Notes: generated from the sequence alone by a model not told the origin. A stretch of DNA of 64,000 nucleotides from Mobula hypostoma (GCF_963921235.1 NC_086128.1:26660001-26724000); one strand, 5' to 3'. Counted from the first letter of the stretch, positions 24,201 to 36,496 are shown. A program made the numbers and translations.

Positions 24201-27200
24201 GAGGACCCTCTGAAGTGAGTGAATGAGTGAGAGCCAACCGTGCACTGACCCTGAGGCTCCCATCAATCGAGATCCAGCTTGTCCTCGGAGTGAGTCGACC
24301 TAGTGCAGGCCCAACATGAAGGAAAAGAGGCTCTTCACATTCTGTCACTTTCTCTGGGCCAAGCTGCTTCCTATTCTACCCACTATGTCCCAGTTCACTG
24401 CACCCACTCACATCCTCCTCTCCCAGTCTTTGACATTCCTGCCTTGCACCCAGCATTTTGTTAAAACTGCAGGTTCTCCATCTGACTATGAGACAGAAAG
24501 ACATCAACATCAATATCACCAGTACTTAGAACTACAATACTACATTTATTAAGACAGAACAGAGCAAGCATTGAGATACTTATCTAGGCGTGCACAGGCC
24601 CGTCTCACTGCAGCACACCTCCTCCTGTTATGCTGATCCACAGCACCCCTTTTCTTGGTGAAACCCCAGAAAACTACCTCCCCCCAACCACTCAACTTTA
24701 TACCCTTTCCACTGATACGAGATGCTGCAGTAAGTGAAGCATCATACATAGCACCATCTCAGACCACCCAGTTAGAACCAGTCATCTCTTGTCACCACTC
24801 TTGACGAGCCCCAGCCCTATGTTCACCATGTTCCTATGGCTGTCCCCACAGTATTACATTCTCATGGTATATTCCCATAATAGTGATCAGAGACCCTGTA
24901 GACATTTCTGTTACATTTAAGGCCACAGTGGTGATGAGACATTCAACTGGCACAAAAATTAACCTGTTACAATACCCCTAGGCACGCAGGAGTGTACACA
25001 GCGGAGGAGGTGGCACTGGTGATGCGGGAAAAGCTGATCCGCCTGCAGTCACTCTACATCGACCAGTTCAAACGACTCCAGCACCTGCTGAAGGAGAAGA
25101 GGCGACGTTACCTGCACTCCTGCAAGCCCGATCTTGAGGCTGCCGGTGAGTCAGGGCAGAGCATGGGCTGTGGAGGGAGCACAGAGCTCATGAGGGTGGA
25201 GGCAGTGCTGGATGTGTACAGCTGGGTGGTGTCTGGGACAGGCTACACTGTGGTACCTTCTCAGTGACTGGTGAATGTGTACAGAGACGGGTGCTGAACA
25301 TACTTTGAGGTTTTGGACCATCGTTGGGGCGCCATTGTTAGAATGGTTCTTCGAGGCTTCAGCGAGGAGAGGCTTGACTGAGAGAAGGCGAAAAAGCTGT
25401 AGGTAGGGTTTTCCCCCCTAGTTTATTTGTTATTTTCTCTTTATTACAAAGTTAGACAGTAGGGATGCCAGGCAGGATTAGTTCAATGCTATCCCTGGCT
25501 ACTACACTTGCAGGAAGTCCAGCTAGCTGTAGCTTCTAACACTCTGTGTTAGAAGGTGATTCGGAAGGGTGGGGGGTGAAGGGCAGGCCATGTAGAGAGG
25601 TAGTTACATCCTAGGTGCAGGACACAGTCAGGAAGGGGTCAATACCGCTGTGGCCATCTCCCTCAACAATAGATATACCACTTTGGATACTGTTGGGGGA
25701 GGGGAGTGAGTACATAACAGGGGAAAGTCACAGTGGTCAGGTCTCTGGACTGAGTATGGCTCTGTGACTCAGAAGGGAGGGGGGAGAAGAAGCGAGCTGT
25801 GGTGAAAAGTGGTTCATGAGGGGAACAGAAAGGAGGTTCCATGGACAAGAATGAGATTCCAGGAAGGTTTGTTGCCAGAGTTCAGGATATCTTGGATCGA
25901 GTCCTCAGCATTCTTCAGTGGGAGGCTAACCAGCCAGAAGTCGTGGTCTGTACAAGTATCACTTAATGACATGGGTAGGAAGAGTGACAAAGTTCTGCAA
26001 AGTGAGTTTAGGGAATTAGGTGCTAACTTAAAGGACGGACCTCCAGGGTTGTGATTTTAGGGTTGCAACCTGTGCTACAAAATAGTGATGCCAGAAATAG
26101 AAAGATCATACAGTGTAACATGTGGCTAAGGAGTTGGTGTAGGTGGGAGAGCATCAGATTTTTGGGTCGTTGAGCTCTCTTCCAGGAAAGGTGGGACGTG
26201 TACAGAAGAGACGGTTTGCACCTGAACCAAAGGGGGACTGATACCCTAGCAGGAAGGTTTGCTAGTGCTACATAGTGGGATTTAAACTAGAGTTGGGGGG
26301 GGGGGGGGGGAGACCAGAGTGCCAGAACAGATAGGGGAGAGGTTGTGGAGACACGTTGTTAAGACTTCAGACAAAATCAGGAATCAAAAGGTTGAGCATG
26401 GTGCAACTAATGTTCTCAGTGGTGTATATTTTAATGCAAGAAGTATCATAAGGAAAGGCAGATGAGCTCGGGCCATGGAATTATGATATTGTAGCCATTA
26501 GTCAGACATGGTTATAGGAGGGGCAGGACTGGCAACTCAGTATTCCGGGGTTCCATTGTTTTAGGCGTGACTAAGCAGATGGGATTAAAGGGGAAAGGGT
26601 AGCAATACTTGTTAAGGAAAATGTCATGGTTGTCTTCAGTCTGGACACACTGGAGAACGCGTATAATGAGGCTTTATGGGTGGAACTGAGGAATAAGAAA
26701 GGTATGATCGCGTTAATGGGGCTATATTATAGACCACTGACAGTCCACAGAATTTTAGAGGAACATATTTGTAGAGAGATCGCAGACTGTTACAAGAAAC
26801 ATAAGGTTGTTATAGTAGGTGATTTTAACTTTCCACGTATTGACTGGGACTCCCATATTGTAAGAAGACTAGATGGGATAGAGTTTGTCAGATGTGTTCA
26901 GGGAAGTTTCTTTAGTCAGTACATAGAAGTCCCAATGAGAGAGTGTGCGATATTTGATCTACTATTAGGGAATGAGACATGGCGGGTGACAGAAGTTTGT
27001 GTAGGGGAACACTTTGTTTCTAGTGATCATAATGCCGTTAATTTCAAAGCAAATATGGAAAAAGATAAGTCTGGTGTGTGGGTTGAGATTCTAAATTGAA
27101 GAAAGGCCAATCTTCATGATATCGGAAAGGATCTTGCAAGTGTGGTTTTCTGGCAAAGGTGTACTTGGCAAGTGGGAAGCCTTAAAGTTGAAATTTTGTA

Positions 27201-30200
27201 AGTATGTTCCCATCTGAATAAAAGGTAAAGATAATAGGTTCTGGGAACATTGGTTTTCAAGATATATTGAGGCCCTCATTAAGAAATCAAGAGGTGCGTA
27301 GCAGGTATAGGCAGGTAGGACCAAATGAGGTACTTATGGAGTACGTGAAGTGTAAGAGAATACTTAAAGAAATCAGGGGGCTGAAAGAAGGCATGAGGTT
27401 GCCCTAACAGACAAGGTTAAAGAGAGTCCTGAGGGATCCTACAGATACGTTAAGAGCAAAAGGATCGCAAGGGGCAAAATTCGTCCTCTTGAAGATCAGA
27501 ATGGAAATCTGTTTGTGGAGCCAAAAGAGATTGGAGAGATGTTAAAAGGATTTTTTGATCTGTATTTACTTGGAAAATGGACAGAGTCTATAAAAGTGAG
27601 GCAAAGCAGCAGCGAGGTCATGGATCCAATACAGATTAGGGAAGAAGAGGTGTTTGCTGTCCTTGAGGCAAATTATGGTGGATAAATCCCCGGGGCCTGA
27701 CAAGGAGTTCCCTTGGATCCTGGGGGAGGCAAGTGCAGAAATTGCAGGAGCCCTAGCAGAGATAGTTAAATCATCCTCAGTGACAGGTGGGGTACTGGAG
27801 GATAGCTAATGTTATTCTGCTGTTTAAGAAAGACTGTAAAAATAAAACACGGAATTATAGGCCAGTGAGCCTAACATCAGTGGTGGGAAAGTTACTGGAA
27901 GGTATTCTATGAGACTGCATATGAGTATTTGGATAGACAGGAATTGATTAGGGATAGCATGGCTTTATCCAAGGTAGGTCATAGGGTTTTTCAGGGAAGT
28001 TACCAGGAAAGTTGATTAAGGCAAGGCAGTGGATGTTGCCTTTATGGACCTTAGTAAGGCATGCTGGAAGTTCCAGGTGTCGGGGCAGAAGTGGGTGAAG
28101 TTGCCATTACTAGGGAGAAAGTTCTTGGGAAACTGAAAGGTCTGATGGTCGATAAGTCACCTGACCAGACGGTCTGCACCCCACGGTTCTGAAAGAGCTG
28201 AAGAGATTGTGGAGGCATTAATAATGACCCTTCAAGAATTAGTTGATTCTGACATGGTTCTAGAGCACTGGAAAATTGCAAATGTCCCTCCACTCTCCAA
28301 GAAGGGAGAGAGGCAGGAGAAAGGAAATTATGGGCCATTTAGGCTGACTTCAGTGATTGGGAAGATGTTGGAATCAATTGTTAAAGATGTAGTTTCTGGG
28401 TACTTGGAAGCACATGGTAAAATAGACCAAGGTCAGCATGGTTTCCTCATTGGAAAATCTTGCCTGACAAATCTTTTGGAATTATTTGAAGCATGATAGA
28501 CAAATAATTAGTGGATGTTGTATACTTACAGTTTCAGAAGGCCTTTGACCAGGTGAGACGTGATAAGAGCAAATAGTATTACAGGAAAGATTCTAGTAGT
28601 GGCTGATTGACAGGAGGCAAAGAGTGGGAATAAAGGGAGCCTTTTCTGGTTGGCTGCCAGTGACCAGTGGTGTTCCACAGGGGTCTGAGTTGGGACTGAA
28701 TCTTTTTGTGTTATGTGTCAATGATTTGGATGATGGAATTGATGGTTTTGTTGAAAACTTTGCAGACAATATGAAGATGGGTGAAGAGGCAGATAGTTTT
28801 GAGGAAGTAAAGAAGCTACAGAAGGACCTAAACAGATTAGGAGAATGGGCAAAGAATTAGCGGATGGAATATAGTGTCAGGAAGTGTACGATCGTGCACT
28901 TTGGTAGAAGAAACAAAAAGGTAGACTAAATGGAGAGCAAATTGAAAAGTCTGAGATGCAAAGGGACTTGGAAATCCTTGTGCAGGATTCCCTAAAGGTT
29001 AATTTGCAGGTTGAGTCTGGTGAGGAAGGCAAATGCAATGTTCGTATTCATTTCGAGAAATCTTGAATATAAAAGCTAGGGTGTAATACTGAGGCTTTAT
29101 AAAGCACTGGTGAGGCCTCACTTAGAGTATTATGAGCAGTTTTGGGATCCTTATCTAAGAAAGGATGTGCTGACACTGGAGACAGATCAAAGGATTTTCA
29201 CGAAGCCGGTTCCGAGATCAAAAGGTTGTCATGAGGAGCGTTTGATGGCTCTGGGTCTGTAATCACTAGAATTCAGAAGAATTCAGAGGTGTGACCTCGT
29301 TGAAACCTGTCAAATGTTGAAAGGCCTCAATAAAGTGGATGTGGAGAGGAATCCCTATGGTGGGAGAGTCTAAGACCAGGGGACACAGCCTCTGGATAGA
29401 GAGCATCCCTTTAAAACAGAGATGATGTCGATCTGCCTCTCTACCAAAGGCCTTTAGGTTCAGACTCAGGGAATAACTGTCATTGAGCTTGAGAAAATCT
29501 GCAGCCAAGTGAGCCCAGAGTACTGCATGGAGCCGCTGTTATACATTGTTATCACATACAGATAAGGGTGGGCTAAGAAGCTTCTCATGGAACAAACACT
29601 TCTTTGTTCACACATTATTTTCACAGAGCGACTTGTCAAGCTGCCAATAAGTCAGTTAGGTTCTAGCCTTTTTAATTCTGCATAGAATTCCTCAGTGAGA
29701 TGTAATTTCTTTATCCAGAGAGTGATGAATCTGTAGAATTTGTTGCCACAGGTGGCTTTGGAGGCCAAGTCATTGGGTATATTTAAGGCAGAGGTTGATA
29801 GATTCTTGATTCATCAGGGCGTGAAGGGATACAGGGAGAAGGCAGGAGACTGGGGCTGAGAAGGAAGATGGATCAGCCATGATGAAATGGCGGAGCAGAC
29901 TCAATGGGCCAAATGGCCTAATTCTGCTCCTGTAACTTATGGTCATATCTGACAAGGTTCAACCTTGGAGGTTGGTCAGGAAGGTTCAGTCACTCGGCAT
30001 TCAAGATGAGGTAATAAATTGGATTAGACATTGGCTTTGGCTTTGTGGGAGAAGTCAGAGAGCGGTAGTAGATGGTTTCCCCTCTTACTGGAGCTTGTGA
30101 CGAGTGGAGTGCCACAGGGATTGGTGCTGGGTCTATATCAATGATCTGCATGATGATGATGTGGGTAACTGGATCAGCAAATTTTTGGATGACACTAAGA

Positions 30201-31730
30201 TCGGTGGGATCTGGATCAGTTGTTAAAATGGCAGAAGGAATTCAATACAGACAAGTGCGAGGTGTTGCTTTGTCATTTTTAAGCCACTCCTGTGTAATTT
30301 TGGCTTTATGCTTGGGGTCATTGTCTTGCTGGAAAACAAATCTTCTCCCAAGTTGCAGGTCTCTTACAGACTGCATCAGGTTTTCCTCCAGGATTTCCCT
30401 GTATTTTGCTGCATTCATTTTACCCTCTACCTTCACAAGCCTTCCAGGGCCTGCTGCAGTGAAGCATCCCCACAGCATGATGCAGCCAGTACCATGCTTC
30501 ACGGTAGGGATGCTGTGTTTTTGATGATGTATGGTGTTTGGCTAACAGCAAGCATAGTGTTTAGTCTGATAGCCAGAAAGCGTAATTCCTCCAGCATTTT
30601 GTGTGTGGGCCTTAATTTTGGTTTCATCAGGCCATAGAATTTTCTTCCAGCTGACTTCGGAGTTTTCCACATGCCTTCTGGCAAACTCTAGCTGAGATTT
30701 CATGTGAGTTTTTTCAACAGTGGCTTTCTCTTTGCCACTCTCCAATCTCAACCACTGAAGCTTGTAACTCCTCCAGAGTTGTCATGGGTCTTTTGGTGGC
30801 CTCCCTCACTAGTCCCCTTCTTGCACAGTCATTCAGTTTTTGATGACGGCCTGCTCTCGGCAGATTTACAGCTGTGCCATATTCTTTCCAATTCTTGATT
30901 GATTTAACTTTATTCTAAGGGATATTCAGTGACTTGGAAATTTTCTTGTATCCATCTCCTGACTTGTGCTTTTCAATAACCTTTTTGCGGGGTTACTTGG
31001 TGTATTCTTTTGTCTTCATGGTGAAGTTTTTGCCAGCATACCAACTCACCAACAATTGGACCTTCCAGATATAGCTGTATTTTTACTACAATCACACAGG
31101 TGATCTCCGTTTAAATAATTATGTGACTTCTAAAACCAATTGGCTGCACCAGTGATGATTTGGTGTGTCATTTTAAGGGGGGGGGGTGAATAGTTGTACA
31201 ATCAATTATTTTGAGTTTTATATTAGGACTTTATTCCTTGGATCGTAAGAGAATAAGGGAAGATTTGATAATATACAAAATTATGAGGGGTGTAGATAGA
31301 GTAAATGCAAGCAGGGTATTCCACCAAGGATGCGTTGAACTACAACTAGAAGTCATAGGTTAAGGATGAAAGGTGAGAAGTTTAAGGGGAACATGAGGGG
31401 GAACTTCTTCACTCAGAGGGTGGTGAGAATGTGGAATGAGTTGACAAAACAAGTGGTGCATGTGAGCTCAATTTCAACATTTAAGAGACATTTGGATAGG
31501 TACATGGAGGGCTATGGTTCAGGTACGGGTCAATGAGATTGGGTGGCTTAAATGGTTCGGCATGGACTAGGTGAGGCCAAGGGCCTGTTTCTGTGCTGTT
31601 CTTCTCTATGATTCTATTACCCCCTCAGTGACCAGTGTTAAGGAATAGGTAACTTGGTGTGTGGCTGAGGAGGTAGGTGGGGGGAGGGGGTGCAGAATGG
31701 GACTGATGGTGTAACCCAGTGTCTGTCTGA

Positions 31731-31774
<44 letters not shown>

Positions 31775-34700
31775 TGCTGGAGGTAGGTGGTAACCCGGAG
31801 GCCATGCTGATGAAAGAGCGGGTGGACCTGCGCAAGCTAAGGGCCTTGCGACGGTATCGCCGGCGATATGGGCTGGAGGCACTGCTACACCGGCAACTGA
31901 AGGAGAGGCGGGCGATGGCCAGTGAGGGGGGCCCACACCAGGTCTGAGGGTGGATGAGGGGTTAGGTTGGGATTGGGTGTGGCAGGGGCAAGGGGCCAGG
32001 GTGGGAGATTGGGAGTGAGGTTAGGGTGATTGGGTGGATGAGGGACAGGACATGAGAAGTTGAGGGTGAGGGATCAGGGTGGGTATTGGGTGTGGTGGCT
32101 GTCTTTGGGGTGAGCTGTGGGCAGATGCAGTGGACTTTGCCCCACTGACCATTGTTTCCTCTCTTCCCCAGCAGGCACAGGTACAACCCAGTGCCCGTCA
32201 GACCCAGCGCTGTGTGGTGGTGACAGATGGGCTCCGGTGTCCTGCTCCCTCTCTTCCACTCAGTAGGCACTGCCTTAACCGTATCCTTCTTCACACACCC
32301 TCACTGGGGTTGTGGCTATGTGATCCCTCTGTTTAAGGGTGGGTCCTGTGTTTGGGGTCTCCGGTGTGGTCTCCAGGTCACATTGGGGAAAACAGATGCC
32401 CTTCTCTGTCAACCCTGTGGTGGGATGGGGATGGGGAAGGTGGCACAGAAGAAACCCCCCAAGAATGCTATTCACCTTAACCTGCTGTCAGATATCTGTC
32501 AAGACCCCAGCCAGGTGCTGTTCCAGCCGTGTGCGGGGGTGAAGGAGGTGCCCTGCACAAAGCCTGTGCCCCTGAGCCAGGCTGAGCAGCCCTGCTGCCC
32601 CCTACATCTGCAGGTGCCCCCGCAGATGTACCAGCCTGAACCTGCCCTCTGTGCCTCCCAGCAGCTGCAGAGCGGGCCGGCCGACATGTACCTGAGTGCA
32701 GCCGAGCTCCAGCCGTCCGAAGTGCTGCCGCTGGAGTTCAGCGAGGTGAGCCCAGGATGGTGGGGGGCTGGGGTGCCTGGAAATTCTGGGCACGAATGTC
32801 CACTTTCTGAAATGCTGCCTGGGGGCAGTGCAACTTGGCCCGTCCTCCCTCCAGGATAAGAGAATTCAACATTTGTCACCTTCATCCCTCAGGCAACATA
32901 GGAGTTATCTCTCTCCTCAGAGCGCTCATGTGAAGGTGTTTCTGCAATGCTGTCAGAGAGGGAGTTCCCAGGATGTAAATAGGGAAAGGACAGTTGATAT
33001 ATTTCTCAGCATCCCCTGCCCTTGTCCTTCTGGGCCCATTGTGCATCAGTGATGGAAGGAAGGACTGACTGATGAAGCTAGTCTGTCCAGGGGGGAAGTG
33101 ACAGGGAGAGTCGCTCACCACAGGAAACCTGACCTGGGCTATGTTAACTGAGAACAAAACACACAAAACACTGGAGGAACTCAGCAGGTTAGGCAACATC
33201 TATGGAGAGGAATAAATGGTTGACATTTTGGGCCAAAGCCTTTCATCAGAGCATGGTCTCGGACTGAAACCTCAACTGTTTATTAATGTCCATAGATGTT
33301 GCCTGAACTTCTGAACTCCTAAAGCATTTTGTGTGTGTGGCTCTCGATTTCCAGCAACTGCAGAATCTCGTGTTCAGAATTTTGTAGGAGCCTTTACTGG
33401 GCATCTTGGTCTTGTGTAGAGATGGCAAAGGGGACTGGCTGGATGTACAAACGTGTACAAGGAGCGATGGGGAGAGCATGGTGTGTATGTCAGTATGTGA
33501 TGTGTTGGAGGGGAAGAGGTGCCTGGATGTACAGGAAGGGGTAGGCTCCAATGTATGTCGTGTGTCTGAATGCTGTGGTGTCACAGTCCAGGGTGTGTTG
33601 GAGGGGAAGGGATGAGTAGGTGAGTGTGTGAGGGGTGTGATCCGACAGTACCTGGTAGGTGGGAGGGGAGGGGATGACTGGATATACAGCAAGTTAGCCA
33701 GGTATAGGTGAGCGTGTGAGGGGTGTGATCTCACATTACTTGGTGTGTGGGAGGAGTGTAGGGGAGGGGGCGACTGGAATTATGGGGAGATTAACATAGA
33801 ACAGTGCAGCACACAATGTGCCTAACCATTTAAATTAGGAATCAGATGGCCAACTAAACAAATCTCTTCTGCCTACATAATGCCTATATCCTTTCATTTC
33901 CCTCACATTCATGTGCCATGAAACATCTCTTAAAAGTCTAATGTACAGTTGCAAGAAAATGTTTGTGAACCCTTTGCAATTACCTGGTTTTCTGCATTAT
34001 AACTTACTGACTTTTGAACTCTGCCTCAACAATCATGGCATATATGACTATTTAACCACTCTGTCAACCTGTGTAGCCATTTTCAGGGAGCTGTGAATGT
34101 GAACCCCAAGATCCCTCTGCTCATCAACACTGTTTAGGATCTTGCCCTTGTGTGTGCCGTCTCTTTGCATCTGACCTTCCAAGGTGCAACACTTGACATT
34201 TGGCCAGGTTAAACTCCATCTGCCATTTCTCCACCCATATCTGCAACTGATCTATATCCTGTTGTATTCTTTGTCAGTCATCTACACTACCCAAAACACC
34301 ACCCATCTTCATACCATCTGCAAACTTACTAACCCACCCATTACATTTTCATCCAGGTCATTTATATACACCATAAACAGCAGACTAATCACAGACCTCC
34401 AGCGAGAATAAATCTGTTCGACCACTGCCTTCTGTGGTCGATGTGCAAGCCAGTTCTGAATCCAAATGGCCAATTCAGCATGGATCCCGTGCATCTTAAT
34501 CTTCTGGATGAGCTTCCCATGAGGGGCCTTGTCAAACACTTTACTCAAATCCACACAGAGGATCCTCTGTAAGGTGTTGGAATGTGAAGGGCACATCCAA
34601 TGACACAGAGCATTAATGGGGCTTTGATGTTGAAGGATTTGGGATCCCAAACTCCCAGCAACACCAGGCTCTGAATCAAGACCACCGGTTTGTTGTAGCC

Positions 34701-35650
34701 GGCGGTTTCAAACAGTAAGCCAACAGTGAACTCTCCCTGTGGTCTTTGGGTTTGCTTACAATTCCAGCCAGAGCCATCCAGATCATCAGGGAGAGACACA
34801 AGGTCATGTGGACTGGGATCTTGCACCTTCAGCATTCCTGGTGGCTCTGGACATTTTCACTGCAAACCCCTTAGATCAGAGCCGAAGGGACCTTAGCCAA
34901 AGGTTTGGTGTAGTGAGGGAGATGGGGAGGCATAGGTAAGGAGTTCCAGAGCTTAGGGACCTGGGTAACTGAAGGAGGAAAGGGAGGTTGTGTTGAAAGG
35001 ATTACATGGATCAGGGGTTTAGGGGCTGGAGGGGGTCACAGATGGGAGGGTTGTCAGGTCCTGAAGAGGTTACAGGAGGGGTATTGGGGTAGGACTAGGG
35101 TGAGTCTTTTTCTCTAACAGTGTTACTATCCCCTATAGGACTGCCTGGATGTGGTGGGTGACAGTCTGCAGTGCCCACCCTCACCGCTCTTTGATCCTGC
35201 CCAGGGCACCAGCACTCAGTCAACAGACGAGTCAGACTTGGCAGAGGTCAGTATGGACACAGGTCAGCCCTGTGGGGGACAGGGGCACTCCCTGACCCGC
35301 TAAGACTGGCCACTGAATTTAACCCTGCGCTGAGTTCCTTAACGTCACCATGTATTGCCGTCGCTCCCCATAAGAACCAAATGGCCTTGCCTCCTGACTA
35401 ATGTAGCAGCATGGAGTAGGGCCAAATGGTCTCCTGTGTGCTTCCTGTAGGTGCCCAGCTTCAGCAGTGGGCCAAAGCTTGTTTCCTGTCCCATCACCTC
35501 TCCACCCCTCACTTCCCCTATGTCTGACCAGTTTGTCTCCTGTGACTTCATCTCTCACACCTGTCTCTCTCCACCCCACAGGCTGCCTTGCAGACGGTCT
35601 CTCAGACCCACAGCACCAGAGACCACAATGGTACCAGGGATGACAGCTGA
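20954..35650 (+). CDS. KANSL2: KAT8 regulatory NSL complex subunit 2, spliced CDS ~467 aa
   Basis: Exons 20954-21204, 21784-21962, 24100-24214, 24982-25145, 31787-31941, 32172-32280, 32492-32745, 35139-35246, 35582-35650 (last uncertain); phases join into one [13 protein letters not shown]...[12 protein letters not shown]...[38 protein letters not shown]...LPLEFSE...QCPPSP. Confidence 0.95.
21784..21962 (+). CDS. KANSL2: KANSL2 coding exon 2
   Basis: CTAAC branch + pyrimidine tract + CAG; [11 protein letters not shown]...QLSSYLK...SEASKIL; donor GTACAG. Confidence 0.93.
22620..23625. mobile_element. Penelope-like element with inverted arms (similar arrangement at ~56000-56890)
   Basis: GIY-YIG-like remnant [14 protein letters not shown]...LGDHFVE on -; left arm 22620-22860 is the reverse complement of right arm 23290-23510. 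Confidence 0.75.
24100..24214 (+). CDS. KANSL2: KANSL2 coding exon 3
   Basis: [39 protein letters not shown]; CAG/GTGAGT boundaries (absent from ORF track). Confidence 0.95.
24982..25145 (+). CDS. KANSL2: KANSL2 coding exon 4
   Basis: [45 protein letters not shown]; TAG/GTGAGT. Confidence 0.95.
25340..29420 (+). mobile_element. Two adjoining degenerate CR1 LINEs (ORF1 esterase + APE + partial RT; second RT copy from ~28055)
   Basis: [19 protein letters not shown] (APE); [15 protein letters not shown] (RT). Confidence 0.88.
30260..31215 (-). mobile_element. Tc1-family DNA transposon relic
   Basis: [36 protein letters not shown]-domain motifs; ATTCACCCCCC TIR-like end near 31180-31200. Confidence 0.88.
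31734..31772. repeat. (CT)n microsatellite forming a KANSL2 polypyrimidine tract
   Basis: ~19 CT units just upstream of the 31786 acceptor. Confidence 0.95.
31787..31941 (+). CDS. KANSL2: KANSL2 coding exon 5
   Basis: [39 protein letters not shown]; only TAG at 31784-31786 gives the needed phase; donor GTCTGA. Confidence 0.88.
32172..32280 (+). CDS. KANSL2: KANSL2 coding exon 6
   Basis: [25 protein letters not shown]; CAGCAG acceptor; U12 donor follows. Confidence 0.9.
32281..32491 (+). other. U12-type GT-AG intron of KANSL2 (211 nt)
   Basis: 5'ss GTATCCTTCT; branch ACCTTAAC at 32474-32481, 10 nt before terminal AG; no polypyrimidine tract; splicing restores NHICQD. Confidence 0.93.
32492..32745 (+). 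CDS. KANSL2: KANSL2 coding exon 7
   Basis: [13 protein letters not shown]...[13 protein letters not shown]...[19 protein letters not shown]; donor GTGAGC. Confidence 0.95.
33944..33999 (+). mobile_element. Isolated Tc1-like terminal inverted repeat fragment
   Basis: TACAGTTGCAAGAAAATGTTTGTGAACCCTTT interrupting a CR1 remnant. Confidence 0.5.
34665..34801 (+). ncRNA. SNORA2: H/ACA box snoRNA, SNORA2 (ACA2/ACA34) family, intronic in KANSL2
   Basis: GGCTCTGAATCAAGACCACCGGTTTGTTGTAGCCGGCGGTTTCAAACAG resembles recalled human SNORA2A 5' hairpin; 3' hairpin closed by CTCTCCCTG/CAGGGAGAG then ACA+3 nt; ~137 nt; KANSL2 is the known host gene. Confidence 0.9.
35139..35246 (+). CDS. KANSL2: KANSL2 coding exon 8
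   Basis: [20 protein letters not shown]; TAG/GTCAGT. Confidence 0.9.
35582..35650 (+). CDS. KANSL2: KANSL2 probable last coding exon (alternative acceptor at 35450 gives ORF to 35684)
   Basis: Long pyrimidine tract + CAG; [22 protein letters not shown]; no recognisable homology. Confidence 0.5.
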   Translation, partial: AALQTVSQTHSTRDHNGTRDDS

Positions 35651-36012
35651 ACAGCAAGCAAGACCCAATGGTGGGGGCTACTAACTTGAGGCTGCTTCCT
35701 CCTGTATCTCTACAGGATGGTGACAGGCAGAGTGGGGATCTTTCCCCAGGCACATGGTGGGAGGGTATTATGGGGCTGATGCTTCTAACACCTCGTGTGG
35801 GGTCATACTGTGGAAGGGGTCATGTCCCTGTGCTCTTCTTTCTACCACCTCTCTCTCTCTCTCTTCCCCCCCCCCACCCACCACATTGTATCATTGTGCA
35901 TTTGCCACCCTTCAGCTGTTGTCCTGATACCTCTCCCTTCCCTCCACTGGGGATCTTTGTAGTAATGTGGCAAAGCATTGACCAAAGAGGTGGCAGTGTG
36001 GTCACTGGTTCC

Positions 36013-36018
36013 ATTAAA
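36013..36018 (+). terminator. Probable KANSL2 poly(A) signal ATTAAA
   Basis: Followed by a GT-rich element TGTTTGTTTGTGTCGTGTTCTT (36033-36054). Confidence 0.6.
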
Positions 36019-36490
36019 GGCTTTCAAATAGATGTTTGTTTGTGTCGTGTTCTTGCTAGAGTGAACTCAGCACCTCACATACCCGATAAGTACCAGGACT
36101 GGGGTGGTAGAGTGAACCACAGTAGTGGGTTATTGAAGGGATCCAGTCAGAACAAAGTCCCATCACACACCTTAACACCATAGGGAATGATTGGGGCAAA
36201 AATCTTCAGTCACCAAGAGATATTGGGCAATGTGGATCTTGGTGTTCATTATGGAACTAAGCAGATAGATTGGATTGGGTGGGGTGGGAAGAATAGTAGA
36301 AGAGCAATCAGATCACTCTCTACTGTCATTCTCCTCTTCCTTCCCTGCCCCCCCCCCACTGTTCCCCTCATGCCTCAGCTGCCACGTTAGCTCAAGCTAG
36401 TGGACAACCAAGTGACCAATTGAAGGGATGATTTACAAACTTATAAACCAAAGAGAAAAGCCAAAAATCACTACAAGGCAAAATCGTCCA

Positions 36491-36496
36491 TTTATT
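36491..36496 (-). terminator. Probable distal TMBIM6 poly(A) signal AATAAA
   Basis: TTTATT on +; followed on - strand by GTGATTTTTGGCTTTTCTCTTTGGTTT. Confidence 0.6.

Noticed and set aside
32227-32859. 210-aa ORF crossing the U12 intron
   Set aside because: Chance open frame joining intron to exon 7; the intronic part has no KANSL2 similarity
32880-33150. Possible additional snoRNA in the KANSL2 intron
   Set aside because: No convincing C/D box pair with terminal stem, and no SNORA2 similarity
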